Source of the DNA: Bugula neritina
Lineage: Eukaryota > Animalia > Bryozoa
Direction: 5' to 3'
Assembly: GCA_964035545.1 (NCBI GenBank)
Contig: OZ037769.1
Span: forward strand, 12,988,633-13,052,632
Length of the DNA: 64,000 nt
In this document: one piece after another, positions 35,081-48,739 of the stretch
How positions within the stretch are numbered: position 1 is the first letter of the stretch
Layout of the letters: every line of letters starts with the position of its first letter
Position numbers and translations under genes: made by a program
The notes under the pieces: model-generated
What the model saw: the letters and a program-made list of their open reading frames with translations, nothing else
The model's database searches: none
Told to the model about the DNA's origin: nothing

Positions 35081-38000
35081 TATGATAATGTTATTAGGTA
35101 ATATATAGTGAATTATAGTCTTTATAGTTGTTTTATGTGGTGTTAGAGAACTTTTTCTGCTTTTTGCTCATATCACAACAGCCGTGCCGAAGATTGCAAT
35201 ATTACGTCATGTTTTGTAACATCATCCACTAGTTGTATTTTTGTATCGGGAGTAATGTTTTAATATATGATATTCTCTTATTTTCATAAAAGTTTTGTTA
35301 ATGCATTTTTGTAACTATTGTGCAATCACACATTCCTTGTACAAGGAAATGAGTTGCACATTTTCCTGCACAAACCTCTTGTTCTGAAATATGACTTGTA
35401 CAAGCTGTCATTCTATCGTTTCGCATAGAGTGATGGCATTGCTTGCTGTCCACATTGGTGTAAACATGTGTGTGTTATATAGGTAAAACTGGTAAGTGAT
35501 GCCAACAACTTTTGTGATGGAAAACTAGCTGGGAGTTATCTACTTTTCTAGATAGGAAATTTTTTCATGTTATATCAAGCTCATTTATAAAATATTTTAC
35601 TATTTTTGAAATTTCACATCTTTATGTCTTTCCTGGCAAAATTGTATTTATTTTTTAAAAAATGCTTTTCAATTGTTGAATGTAGGAAATTTTAGAATTT
35701 ATGGTGAGATCTATAGAGCTTTTATGGCATATTTTAATATTTAAAGTTGTGTTTAGTCTCAGTTTTGTTTTATTTTTATTGAAACAATACAATACAAATG
35801 ACTCATAAAAAATAACATGCTTGTCCTTTCTTTGAACTTATTCTATATTTTACATTTGCATGAGACAAGCTAATTAAGATATAAACTCGATTGTTACAGT
35901 CTCAGCTGTCTAAAGGTAAAATAGAAGAAACTAATAGGTTGATAAGTCGCAATAAATATTATTACTTATTGATCACTCGTATTCAAATAATATAACTGCA
36001 GCATCTGGTCATGTATCTTACTGAGACTAAGATATACTTTTAATCTTTCTCAATGCAGATCTTTGATACTGTAAGCATGGCAGAAGTATTTAGCACTGCA
36101 TGTTGTCTTTGTTCATTTATTGGTCAGCATTTGTAAACTCTGTATATATAATAACCATTTCATGGTTTAAGAGATAAATCTTTTTGGTGGCACTAAAAAA
36201 CATGCTTCAAGTTTTGCTGTTGATTTTTGTAACTATTTGCATAGAAATTTGCATGTTTTCCTTTTATTTCGAATAAACATAGCCTATTTAACATTTTTCA
36301 GAAGCCAGCTCAGTGTTGTCTTCCTATAATAAAAAAAACATTCAATATCTCTGTGGCTGCTTTATTTATCACCTCGTGTATAGGAGTTGTTTTCTTCAAA
36401 GTTGATACAGTTTTATCATATAGGCTACGCAATATTTTATAATAATATATATTTCATGTTTCCACAAATTAAAATACACACAGTTCTGATATGTTGTAAA
36501 ATACTGCATATGATGGTAAAATGTTGTCCAGAATGTGTCCTCTTTAATCAATATTCAACAACATTTAATTGTATTTTTTTTGTTCGGTACAAACACAAAG
36601 AATGAACATTATAAGTATTTTAATTAGCATATAAATAAGGTGTAAGTTATAAGTGCAAACAAATAACCTCAAATCTGTCAGAAAATATTTTATAGGCAAC
36701 ACTCGACATATTCATTTCTGCTATTGCAAATTATGTAGACACCATAATAATATATCTACATAAACAAATGCAGCTTTGTAGCAAATATTGCTTGATTTGG
36801 TGAAATTAAAGATAAAGTGTTGAAATTAAATTAAATATATGCTTAACTATTCCATAGCGACTTAGACTGTTCATAATAGTTTAGCACATAAATTTCAGAG
36901 TTTTTAGTATCTAAAACTGATTTAATATTTTTATTATCTGCACTTTAGAATTATAGCCTTTTGGCAGACTTGTCAATGAATTTGTGGATTAAGGCTGTAC
37001 AAATTTTGTTTGTTGCAAAAGTTTTCCAGCCATAAAGCTGAACATTTTTTATAACTTTAGGTAAATGCTGCTGTTACGCAATTTCATGTATACCTATGGT
37101 TATTTAAACTAACAATATATATTTGTAGTGGCAAATTTTATTGTTAATAACCTGTTATGAGGGTAACCTAAGAAACTGATGTTTTAAGTCACTGAGATAA
37201 TAATTATCAGTTATACACACTAAACTCTATAACGAAAGAGTTTAGTATGTACCACTTCAGTTCTTTATAAACAGCACATCCACTTCGATCCTTTTATTTC
37301 ACCTTTCACATGATAAAACCACAAAATATTGCTTATAGTGATTCAGGGGCTACTTAATTTCACACACTGATTGTGTGTAATTGGTTAGAGGCCAAGTTAA
37401 ACCCACACTTGATGTCACAATAAATGCAGTTCAGAGTTATGCTCTCTTACACCAATATATTTCTAAACTCCTTTTTCTCCAGTAAATGTAAGTTATTACT
37501 TAATAATTTAAGTTACAGTTTCAAGCAAAAATACAAATAAATAGTTTACTATAACAGGATGTAAAACTCATCTGCTATAAATAATGCATTTCTAATTAAA
37601 TAGTTTCGCTTGGCTAACTTTCGGCTAAATTGTAAATTGAAAGTTACATTACGTACTAATAATAACATGTTTTGTCAGATTTATTAATGTTTTGTAAATA
37701 GTTCTCACTCACATGATTCTAGTCATTATTTAAGAATCCTTGATGGGAGGGTTTGTTTAAAGCAGGTAAGGGTTTTATCTGTGATAGGCACATGCTATGC
37801 ATAGATCCTATAATATTATTTTATTGTATTACTTTCCAATACCATGTGTGCTGTACTTGACAGCATGTGTGAAGTGCATTACATATAGCCAATGTAGCAG
37901 ATGTCATTTTAGCATATGCTATGCACATATCTACATTATAAAAATATTCAAATAGACAGTATTAATTAAATATATAAGCAGAATATAGAATGGCCAGGCA

Positions 38001-41000
38001 TAGTTACTGCCACTGCATGATGGAATAGTTACATAAGATATAGATTACGCAATCAACAGGATGCATGTGCAACAAATGACTCTGCGTTTTGGTTTAGGAG
38101 ATAAAAGAAATAAGGAAACCATCATTTTTCTCTGCTATTATCTTGCATTTAAAATGCTTAGCTTGATATTTAAATAATATACTGCCATATTGCATCCTTG
38201 ATGAGTGCCTGCATTCAATATAAATTCAGTAACGCATTGTTCACTTAGGTTGAGATATTTACTTATAAAAGTAGAATACTTAATTCTATGATTGCAGCAC
38301 AACGTAATAATAATCCCCATAATATATTGAAAAGATTTTCTATCATTACCCCAAGACTCTATTCGTAGTCATATACAAGCCGTGGCTATTAAAATTATCA
38401 GTATTGTTCGAGCAACACAATGCGGCTTGGCAAGTATTGACAAGAACGTGTTATTATGCGTCATGCAGTAGGCACCAGCCATTCACAGCAACGCAAAAGT
38501 CTATTGAATAGATTGGCAAGTAGGTCTCGTGCTTGTCGTTTAGTAAAGTTAGTAGTAGTGACAGCGAGTGGCAGGTGTGTGACCGTGCTGTGGTATCCAG
38601 GAATTTACTATCGCCCAGCTCTACAATTCCGCCCTAAAAACAGCATACATCGCTAGACACGCATTGTTGAACATCACTTATTAATGTGATCATTGCAAAA
38701 GGATTATGATCTTAAACTGCAGTTGGTAAGTGTAGTTTATGTAGAATTGTAATTTATATGGTATAAATTTAAAATATTTGTAGTTACACTTTTCCTAAAG
38801 ATTTATTAACATAACCATTATCATTATGTAGGCATTTGATATTCATATAGTCCTCAAATATAAATAATGGTGTACAACCTTTTAGCCCCACCAACTATTT
38901 TTACCAAAATACTGGCTGCAAATGGGGGGGGGGGGGGGAGGGTCAACTCCTAGTCTTTTTAACCTGATGTCAAATTGAAATATTATTCTGTGTTGGTTTC
39001 TGTAGCTATGACATCATAGAGAAAGTGAAGCTAAAACTGACGCCTGAAAAAGTTTTAATTTAGAAATTGAACATTGCAGTGGTTTGTTTTGTTTACAAGT
39101 TTGCCAATCTGCCTAAACATACCTTTCAACAACATCTAACATTTTAAGGATCACATATTGACTCAAGCTAATAACTAATAAGCCGTGTGTCTTGTGGATG
39201 CAAATTCAGCATTTATTTGTATATAATGAGGCAAACCAGCTTCAAGTTTTAAAGAATTAAAGTATTACTAAGTTATAAATTAGTAATGATAGTAGAACTA
39301 TGCAGGTGGTCAACCATTCGGTACCTGTTGCCATATTGTATGACTCATTGTTGTGGCCATACTCTACATCTGACTCATCTTCAACAAATTTCCTTCTCCA
39401 CCTTTCACCTAATAGCTCATCCTTACTCCACCATTTCCCTGTATAACATATCACATAGATAGTAACTAGTACCACATGAAATTTAGTTTCTCCATTTTTG
39501 GTCGAAGTTGAAGTTTAAAATATTTGAGTTTTGTTTGTAATTTAGACTACAAGTTTTTCAATAGTTATAGTTTGCAAATTCTCTCCAGCCTTCCTTGTTT
39601 CAAAGCCATGACCTTCCCAGAGTGCTCCAGCAGAGATATCTTCATAGTTACAGTGCTTTACTTGCCTAGCCTAAGTGTTCAAGTAATTGTTTTGAGTCAA
39701 AGTAAGGCTAAAACCTTCATCACTATATTTTTAAACCCTATTTTACTAAAAAAGCCTAAAGTTCTGCTCGTACTTTTAAATTTTATTTTCTTCATGGAAA
39801 TGGCTTGTTAAGTTGGTAACAGTTGAGGTATTGGCTACTTTTATATGAGTAAAGTACTATTTCAATGCCTGTTACATAACATAGGGCTTTAATTCAATGC
39901 CCACAGTAATATACTATGCTTGGTTCTTTGTTCCATGAAATCTACTAACAACTTTAGCTTGGATTTGTCTCTTATAAAAGCATTTGATAATTTTGATAAA
40001 AAATATTTTTATGCAGGCTATTACTATTTACTGTTGTATTTAAATAATTAATTACAATATTATTGTTACTCTATAAAATCTATGCCTGACTCACTTATTT
40101 ATAGGTCAATGCCATTTTTAGTGTAGCACAGCTGGAAAGTTTTCCAGTGTATTTTGTAGGAAGATAACACTAAGTTGACACGGTTATAAGCTAGTAAATA
40201 CATAGTGACATAATGTATAGTAACTATATAGTATATAGTGTTATCAATATAATATCCTATATAGACTGCACTATGAAACCTGATAAGATAGAGAGAATTG
40301 TAAACACTAAAGGCATTATCAAAGCTTAGTCATGTAATAACGTAATATGATTAGTGTTCAACTTTACTGAGAGATATTAGACTTAGTGCAGCAGGGGTAT
40401 ACAGTGAGGCTGGCATTAGACACCACCCTTAGGACTAGACTCTCAGAACACAAGGCACCGTTAGGACCATAGATCACTATACGTACCCCAGTTAGCTGTT
40501 CTTGAAGCAAAGAGGGTGACCAGTGTTGAAAATACGTAATGGTCATGTTCAATTTCAACAGTTTTGGAAAGTGACTAGCTGTTAATTTAACAGTCATTTT
40601 CAAAATTTTATGGCCACTCGTATGTTAAAATAAGAAATCTAACTTCTTTGTAAACAGTAAATAAATGCCAAAGCCGTTGAAAGTTCACGTAATACGAACA
40701 TTAGGCAGGATACGTTCACAATCTCCATTCTTCTGAAGAATTCTGATTGGTAAGTGTGTTTCAATGGGATTGTGTATCTCGTAACACTGAGAGGTAGTTA
40801 GACATCAGCTGGGAGCACAGATGCCCTTCCTGACGTCACAAATGCCCCTGCAGAGAATTGAGCTAGTTGCCTAGCACTTAATAATCCAGGGTTGTAACCA
40901 CTAGATTAGGCTGATTCCAGGATATTTATTGCTTGTTGCTTTAACTTGAGTCACATGAGTTGTACAACCTGCAATAACTACTAATAAACAAAAAGTTTTG

Positions 41001-41528
41001 AGGGTCACTTGCTGGTGGGTTATTGAAGCCCCACCCTGAGTAATAACAACTATAATCCACCACTGGAAAATGTGGTGCAGTGCTGGTCACGTGACATTGG
41101 AGTATGAGTCATAGCATGACCTCATAAGCCACGCCCTCAAAACAAAACAGTACCAGAGCCTCTTTCTACATTGCCTAGTAGAATATTGGCTGTAGTTTTA
41201 TACCCTCAAAGTTGGCAAGAAATGCATTTGCATAACTGAAACAAGAGGCCCCTTTACAAAGTAGAGAAGTATTGATGTATTTTTGAATAAATGTTAGCTA
41301 ATGAACCATAAAATATGCGAACAGTCCGCTGTATTGAAGTCAATACAAGTGATACTAGTTTGGCATTTCTACTATGACTTCTGATTAAACTGGCTACAAA
41401 ACTGAATATAAATGAACTATTTTGAGTGGTTTGTATACATGAAAATTTATTTTAAGCTATTACAATTTTAAATCATTACACTTACTGTATAACTGTGTGT
41501 AGGTGATGGACACTTAGAGAATTACAAG

Positions 41529-44500
41529 ATGGAGATGTCCAACGCTGCCAATGCTGCCTCCAGGTCCAGTCTGACCATAGAGAGACACTATGTACCTCGG
41601 ACAGCACCTCGTGTAACTAGGACTAGCACGCTGGATAGCCAAGAAGATAGTGGCCCCGGAATACCTACTAGCAGGTACTCGCCCTCTGTGAAGAGACAGT
41701 TACCTAGTCCCGGGCCATCTTCTGTCAACTCCCATTCGCCGAATGGTTACGTAGCAGACTACTCTGTATCAGAGGTAAGTATATTGTATACTGTAATACA
41801 ACATACTACATCAGAGGTAAGTATATTATATACTGTAATACAACATACTACTCTGTATCAGAGGTAAGTATATTATATACTGCAATACAACATACTACAT
41901 CAGAGGTAAGTATTAATGCCAGAACCAAGTACTAGTCAAGTATATATGAACGTGTAGCTCATTTTCCTTGCTACTTGTAAATACTGAAAATTCAATGAAC
42001 TTCAAACAAAATTCATAATTGCAACATATTTTTTTCTGCAGGTTTCCTCTCTTACCGGCAGCATTTCTTCTATGCCAAGGCGGCAGCACCTCGACCCCTC
42101 CCAGCTGCCGTATTCTAGCAGGTATATTCCTGAGAGTGGAGACTCTGGTATGTACAGTGCCAGGGTCCGGGGATATCCCAGTTCCGTTTCCACTTACGCC
42201 GACACTGATATAGACTCTGTTACGGGAGATCAGGAAAGTCGGTATAAAGGTGAACTTTTCCAGCCAAACATGGCGCCTACAGCTGCCCCTAGAATATCGC
42301 AAAAAGATGTTAGACAAATGTATGGCGAGGTACATCCTAAAAACTTACTCCCAAAGGATTTGCCGACGCCCTCTAGTGGCGACGAACTCGAAACAATGAG
42401 TGACGCATCCATTCCCTCATTTACAGACGTACCTCGAGCTCGACCACGCGCCAGCCTTCGTAGAAAGAAGCTGGCTCAAATAAACAGCGGGTTCCTAAGT
42501 GATGACGACGCGAGTGTATCTAGTCAACTGGACAGATCTAAATCTCTGCCCAGAGGTATTCTTAAAAATAACTCGACTGATATATCGGATGCGGAGTCAC
42601 TCGCGACGGGTAGTAACTTCAAACGGACGCTGAGTGGCCGCACGGTCCGGTTTCAGCACAACGACAAGGCCAGGACTATCGCTAAGAAGGTCATAGACTA
42701 CGACAAGCTGGACAGAGAGGCTGACAGCGCAGACGGCAGCTCAAAGAAAAAGAAAAACAAAACCAGCAGCAGCTCGGATCCCTTCTCTGTGATGAAGCCT
42801 GTCGGCATCAAACCGGCTAGAAATGACCCTAAAAGGTCGTCTAGTCGAAGCAGTCAGCGAGGCAGCAAACAAGGGCGACAATCACGATCTTCCTCCAGAG
42901 ACAGGTCCAGGTAAACACTAATGAAATTTCATCACTTATACTTGTTTGTAAATAAGTTGGGGAAATACAATATAAGTTAGTGGAGTATAATAGCGGTAGG
43001 CATAAATGGGTGAAGGTTTCCTCAGCTTTGTGGTGGTTTCCAATTAGAAGTTCTAAACCTGCAGCTCTAAGAACCTGCGGAGCTTCTTTGTCGAGAGTTT
43101 CTAGTGCCGCTGAGGCCAGAAGCTCTAGATTCTAGAATGTTCACACAGTCATAGTGAACTATTCTGTTAGCCAAATGTAAAATGGGGGTTAGAAAAGTTT
43201 GGTACCTAATTTCGTACTTCTACACTTTTTACTTGTTTTATAAAAAAACTGAAACTTTTATTATCTTTGGACTTTCAAGACTTCAAGTCTTTGGACTTGT
43301 ACAATTTTGGAAATAAATTCACATTAACATTAGTCCTACAACTGGAAACACTGCAAGACAATCAGCTTAAACCTTTACTGAAAATGTGAGAATATAAATA
43401 TCTATGTTTGATAAAGAATTAAATAGAAATGCTATAGTTATTCTTGTAATGATATATAGATTTTTAATTGTTAATTCTCTTTATTTTTCAAACATTTTTT
43501 TACCAACTATATATCATTATATCAGAATTATTCTTTCTAGTTAATTTCATTATTCCTATGGTAAAAAGTAATGCATAGTATGCAGTGATAATGCATAAAT
43601 ATTCTATATGAAATGTCACGAGTAAATGTAGTTGCTGTTGTAAGAAAAGCTAACATTATAGAGCATGAAAAATGTCTAAAAGTTACACAATGTTTATTGC
43701 CTTTTTAGCTCAGGGGTTTTGGTCACTGTTTTTCATGTGACCCCTATATAATATTATATATACCTGATCATGTCGGAGTTGAATGTTGTATGCATTCAAA
43801 AGGGTATAAATATGGTGATTAGATTTGAAAAGCCATAAACTTTAATTATGTAACAATCAAATGATTTTATGACCCACAGAAAAGTTAGTAAATTTAGTGT
43901 CACCCTGGAACTTTAAAGCATACTCTCAGTCCGACTGTCACTAGTGACTAATATGACTCAACTTGACTATTAACAATCCATTTAGATATTTGTTTATCGT
44001 TTCATAAACAAACCATAACTGACTCACATTTAACCTGAATTTATGAGATTACAAGCTGTAAATCTTCAAGAAACCTTAGCTGAAGCAGAGGTTGTGGTGT
44101 TACTCTGAGATTTTCATTCTAAAATAGCATCTATAAAAGAAATTGATAGGAGTTTTATAGAGCTTAGGCTACATTAGCTTACAATTCCCACTTGTTTCTA
44201 ACTGCTTGGAACTTGCATAATTATTACATTTGGGAATCAGGGCTCAAAGTATATCAATTGAATGTCACATATTTTAGACATGGTTCCATGAACAGAGGGC
44301 AACGTGCGGGGTCGGGGAGAGGCCGATCTTCCTCAGTAGACAGCAAGAAGCGTTCTTCATTGGCGGAGAGATCAAAGAAGGAACCATCAGTATCCGTGAG
44401 TGGAGAAGATGTGAAGATAGATGTAAGTGGAATATAGCACATAATATAATATACACTGCGTTTCCATTACTTCGCATTATGCGAATCAATGCTGTACATT

Positions 44501-45130
44501 ATGAATTTATGGTTGCAATTTGCTTGAGCCTATAGTTGTGATTTCATTCGATGCAACTGTTTTCAAGCATCGAATGAAAAATCCATCCGTGTAATTTGAA
44601 GCTTCAAAAAGTAACAATGCTTTCTCTACTCTTAGCAGTGAATTTTGATTAACAACTTTGTGAGTAGTCTAGTGCTAATAAATGATTCAATAACCTCCAG
44701 AACAAATTACAGACTAGATTGACCTGTAATGGCGTGTTAAAGTAGAAGTGATTGAGCAGTTAGACAGTAATATACTTATAATTTTATACATTGCATTAAT
44801 ATATTTTGTATTTTTAACTGATATTTTTATAGCATAGCATATTTTATTTTCCATGTAACAACTAAAGTAGTATATCTTGTGGAATTAAGTTCATTTCATT
44901 ACAATCACTCATTTCACCTAATATATATTTTTTAGATACCTGAAAGTAACTCGAAGCCAAAGTCTAAGAGTTTGATGCAAGATTTGGTTCAACAGCATTC
45001 AGAGAGGCGAACGAAACCTCGAGACACTCAGAAAGTAATAAAGTGGGCTCTGATTATAGGTGTGCCTGCAGTACTGGTGGTGATAGTGATAGCTGTTATT
45101 GTAGCAGTGTCACTCACTGGGGGTATTTAA
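41529..45130 (+). CDS. Uncharacterised Ser/Arg-rich, largely disordered, tail-anchored protein (484 aa; exons 41529-41774, 42042-42910, 44278-44422, 44936-45130)
   Basis: 1455 nt in frame through GT-AG introns. Single C-terminal hydrophobic segment WALIIGVPAVLVVIVIAVIVAVSL followed by TGGI*. GILK and RTVRF motifs. The start may extend upstream through the acceptor at 41502. Confidence 0.85.
41758..41912 (+). repeat. Four tandem copies (42/47/42-bp spacing) of the exon-1 splice donor
   Basis: atcagag|gtaagtat with the exon-side G at 41774, 41816, 41863 and 41905. Confidence 0.92.
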
Positions 45131-46156
45131 GTTCCATCTATAAGTATTAAAAGCTGTCACATCTTCTGAAGTACAGTAGAGACTTTAGCTGATATACCAG
45201 CAGAGCAAACAGCGGGACGCTACCCAGAGTTTCTACGATGTAGTTCTACTGTAGATAGTCATTAAGCTACACACTCGCATATCATTACTGCAGCTAGTAC
45301 CAATATATTGAGAGCTGTACTGTATAATTTACAGCTACCAAATATTACGGGGTCTGAGCTGGCAACTGTTTTATATTGGTTTTCAAATACTACGTTTATT
45401 TTTATTATAAGCATTCCGGTTTTTATTTTGGCAAGTGTTGCATACGTCTGCAACTGCCTTGCCCACAGCATGCATATTTAATGATATAATATCTCTTATT
45501 GTAAAGGCAATGAATAACATACATTTCAATATCATTTTAGTATCTACATTCCAATCTTGTTTCTATATACTTACTGTATAGACAGTATACTATTATACAA
45601 TATACACTTTTATGTTATAATTTTGTGTAAAGTTAGTATTACATGACTATTATGCATTAATGCATTCCATTTTGTTATTATATTAGACATTGCAAGGCTT
45701 TCTTTGATTTCAGCCTAATAAATGATATATTGCATAACTAAAATAAAAAATATATATTTGAAAAATGCTATGTATAGGTAGTTTGACTATTTAATGTGAA
45801 TTAGACTAAAAACAAAATATTTAAAAAATAAACAGTTTAGCATTATGTAATGCATAGATGTGACACGGCACAGTATAAAATAACCATATTTTATAAAGAC
45901 GCAACGTTGTGAAGTATCAAGGAATGAAAAATCATTGTAGTGTAAGAAACTTGTCTCAAAAATTAGTCATATACAAATATTATATGCATGCACAATGATA
46001 CTATATCTAAAATTCGGAATTGTGAAAATAAACAAGCTATTAATTCAAAATGCTGCGCAGCACCGATATTAAAGTTATAAAAAGCACAACATCGGAGTTG
46101 TCTACTTATATATTGAAAGTATATAACACGGGTAGTGCAACTCCTAATAAAACGTT

Positions 46157-48257
46157 CTACTGGTCTGAAATGACGTAGTCTATCAAGTAGTCATGCTCAT
46201 CCATTGGGATAGCATCAAGCACCTGTTCACTGAATGCCAGTGCCATAGTGACAGGGCACTTGCCAAGCACTGACTTGTGATTGTTGAGAAATGTGTCATA
46301 GTACCCTTTGCCTCTGCCTAATCTGGCACCAGTATTTGTAAAAGCAAGGCCTGGCATCAGGATCAGATCTAGACCACCTACGAAGCATTGGGAAGACATT
46401 ATTAAGATGCAACAAAAAAATACAGTAGAGTAAGATATATATTATGATAATATATAGTACAATATAATACAATACCATACAATATGATGAAATGCGGTAT
46501 AATATAATACAATAAAATATCCTACAGTGCAATATAATACAATACCATATAATATAATGGAATGCAGTATAATATAATACAATGCAATACAATATCATAC
46601 AGTGCAATACAATATCATACAGTGCAATATAATACAGGTGTGAAGGTATGTAAAAGAAAATTTCAACAACCGTCAAGCAAAACACTGTTATATACAAATC
46701 TTAAACTGAAACACTAATTTACACTGATCATATCTGTAAAACACTTATAATCTAAAAAAGCAAACATAAATAGTCTTTACAACAACTTCTTGTGATAATA
46801 TTTTGCAGGGAGTTCAATGAACTTACTGCCACATGCATGAAATCCTGTGTTAGTATTTGAATATATTTTTGAATGCTTAAAATTTTATATTTATCAACTG
46901 CATAATAAAACATGTCTGAAACCAAATCTTAGTTAATCAATGAAAATACAATGCTTAGTTGTAGTCTAACAGTAAGAAAATGTTTTCCTTTACAATAAAA
47001 TATTGTACTGCTTAACTATAGAAATAGCTGTGATCTAGGGGTTGAGGCTGGCTTAGTAAAACTCACAAACATGTGTTCGATCCCCATTGGTGATGCTAGG
47101 AAAAGCATCCTGTGCCACATATAAAAAGCACATAGCCCAATTGAAAAAAGTCCTTTCCATCAGGGGTTTCTCACAAGGATAGTGACTATATACACTTTAC
47201 TTGAGATTTGTTTATATTGCTTAACTATGTGTTATCAATTATATACCATATGCTCAGTAAAAACAGTGTCAAACATCCTGCAGTAAATTGGGTCAAGGAC
47301 AAAGCTAATATTGAAACCTACCAGTGTTCATGGCGTTTTCTCTAGTGACATCATTGAGGGCAGGTTGAAGGATGTCCCACTTTGTGCGAGGAAGACTCTG
47401 CAAATCCTCCAAGGAATGCAACTCAACCATATCCATGTCTCTGCTCTTCATATCATAGCGAGGAATAAAGCACTGCTTTTTGTCTTTAAACATAGCGGTG
47501 AGTATGCTACTCGTCTCCACCTCATCCTTCATTGATAGAAACACGGCTATCCTTTGACTCTTTTTATACACATCATTAGCTGTAACCTAAAAGAATATAC
47601 TTGTTAGACACAGAATTGGTAAGCTAGTAATTGCATCAACAGACACGATTCATTTTACATGCTAATAGAAATGCAAACCAGCAGTAAAACTAGGTTTAAG
47701 CTCCATACATAAGTAGCTAACGCATTTTAGCAAAAACTGGCAACGAGCACAATAAAGTTTCAGCAAAGCAGTTTTCTTTAAAAAGTAGTGAAACATTTTT
47801 GAACTATATAATTAAATTAGAGCCTTATGACATGGTCAAATATTACTAGCCTAGTGTTAGTCACATAATCACTATTTATGATTGGATTCGCAATCGAAAA
47901 GTGTAACGATGAACATTCAATCTAATATTTTTGTGCACAAAATTAAAACAGGGAAAACATGTATACAGCAAAGTTTAACACTTCAGATTGCTAAATCTCT
48001 AAAAATAACTATAACAGACACATATATGATTTCAAATAATATCAAATATTTATACAATTGCAATGAGCACCAAATTATTACATTACACATCTTATATCAT
48101 AATTCCACATATATAAATATTTTTAAACTTGGTTTATTAGTAAACCTCTTGGCTGTCTTACCTTTGCTGATATGAGCTTTGACCTTTCCTCCCGAGATTC
48201 TGCTGATATTTGTGCAAGAAGTGTTTTCATTTTGCCTCTGAGTGCTTGTTTAGCCAT
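46157..48257 (-). CDS. MTHFS: 5-formyltetrahydrofolate cyclo-ligase (methenyltetrahydrofolate synthetase), 193 aa; exons 48257-48162, 47586-47322, 46377-46157
   Basis: 582 nt in frame: AKQALR, SQRIAVFLSMKDEVET, KQCFIPRY, KWDILQP, GGLDLILMPGLAF and the RLGRGKGYYD signature. A few more N-terminal residues are possible via the acceptor before 48265. Confidence 0.95.
47021..47190 (+). mobile_element. tRNA-derived SINE, diverged copy in an MTHFS intron
   Basis: gtgatctaggggtt...tgttcgatccc...cattggtgatgctaggaaaagcatcc...ctttccatcaggggtttctcacaaggatagtgactata. Confidence 0.75.
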
Positions 48258-48739
48258 GCTTACCGCTGTATGTAAGAATAAAATTACAGCAAAAAATACG
48301 AGCGTATTCGCCAGTTTAAAAAGTGCCCAATTCTAGTATTTAATGTTGCTTCCGAAATATGCATAAATCTAAAAGCTAAAGATGCACAAGTAAGAATATA
48401 TTTATAGGTACTTGAAAATAAGAGGGTAAGTAATATATACATGCACAATGTAAGCAGGCTAGTAGGGCAGTGGCAACTAATGTTTTACTCGGGTCAGTAG
48501 TAGGTTAAATCTAGTATGATTTATGATAAACACCACTCATTATTGCATTAGCATGTTGAAGGGAAACAATAACAATGAGCTTGGCCAGATATTAAAGTTT
48601 AGAGTTGAACTAAAATATAAAATGACTTGCTAAGACCGGGCTGAGTTAATTTAGCAAGGAAGTTATGGCAAAACAAACATTTGCCCTTAGAATTTAAGCA
48701 AAGTGTAATACTAATTGATAAAAAAACGCTTCAAATCAA

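Noticed and set aside
39257-39811. Exon-like minus-strand segments (GKWWSKDELLGERW...)
   Set aside because: Could not be joined into a consistent frame or assigned to a family.
40370-40480. TLRTRLSEHK resembling the GIY-YIG endonuclease of Penelope-like elements
   Set aside because: Only about 10 residues match, flanked by stops and frameshifts. Too weak without a profile search.
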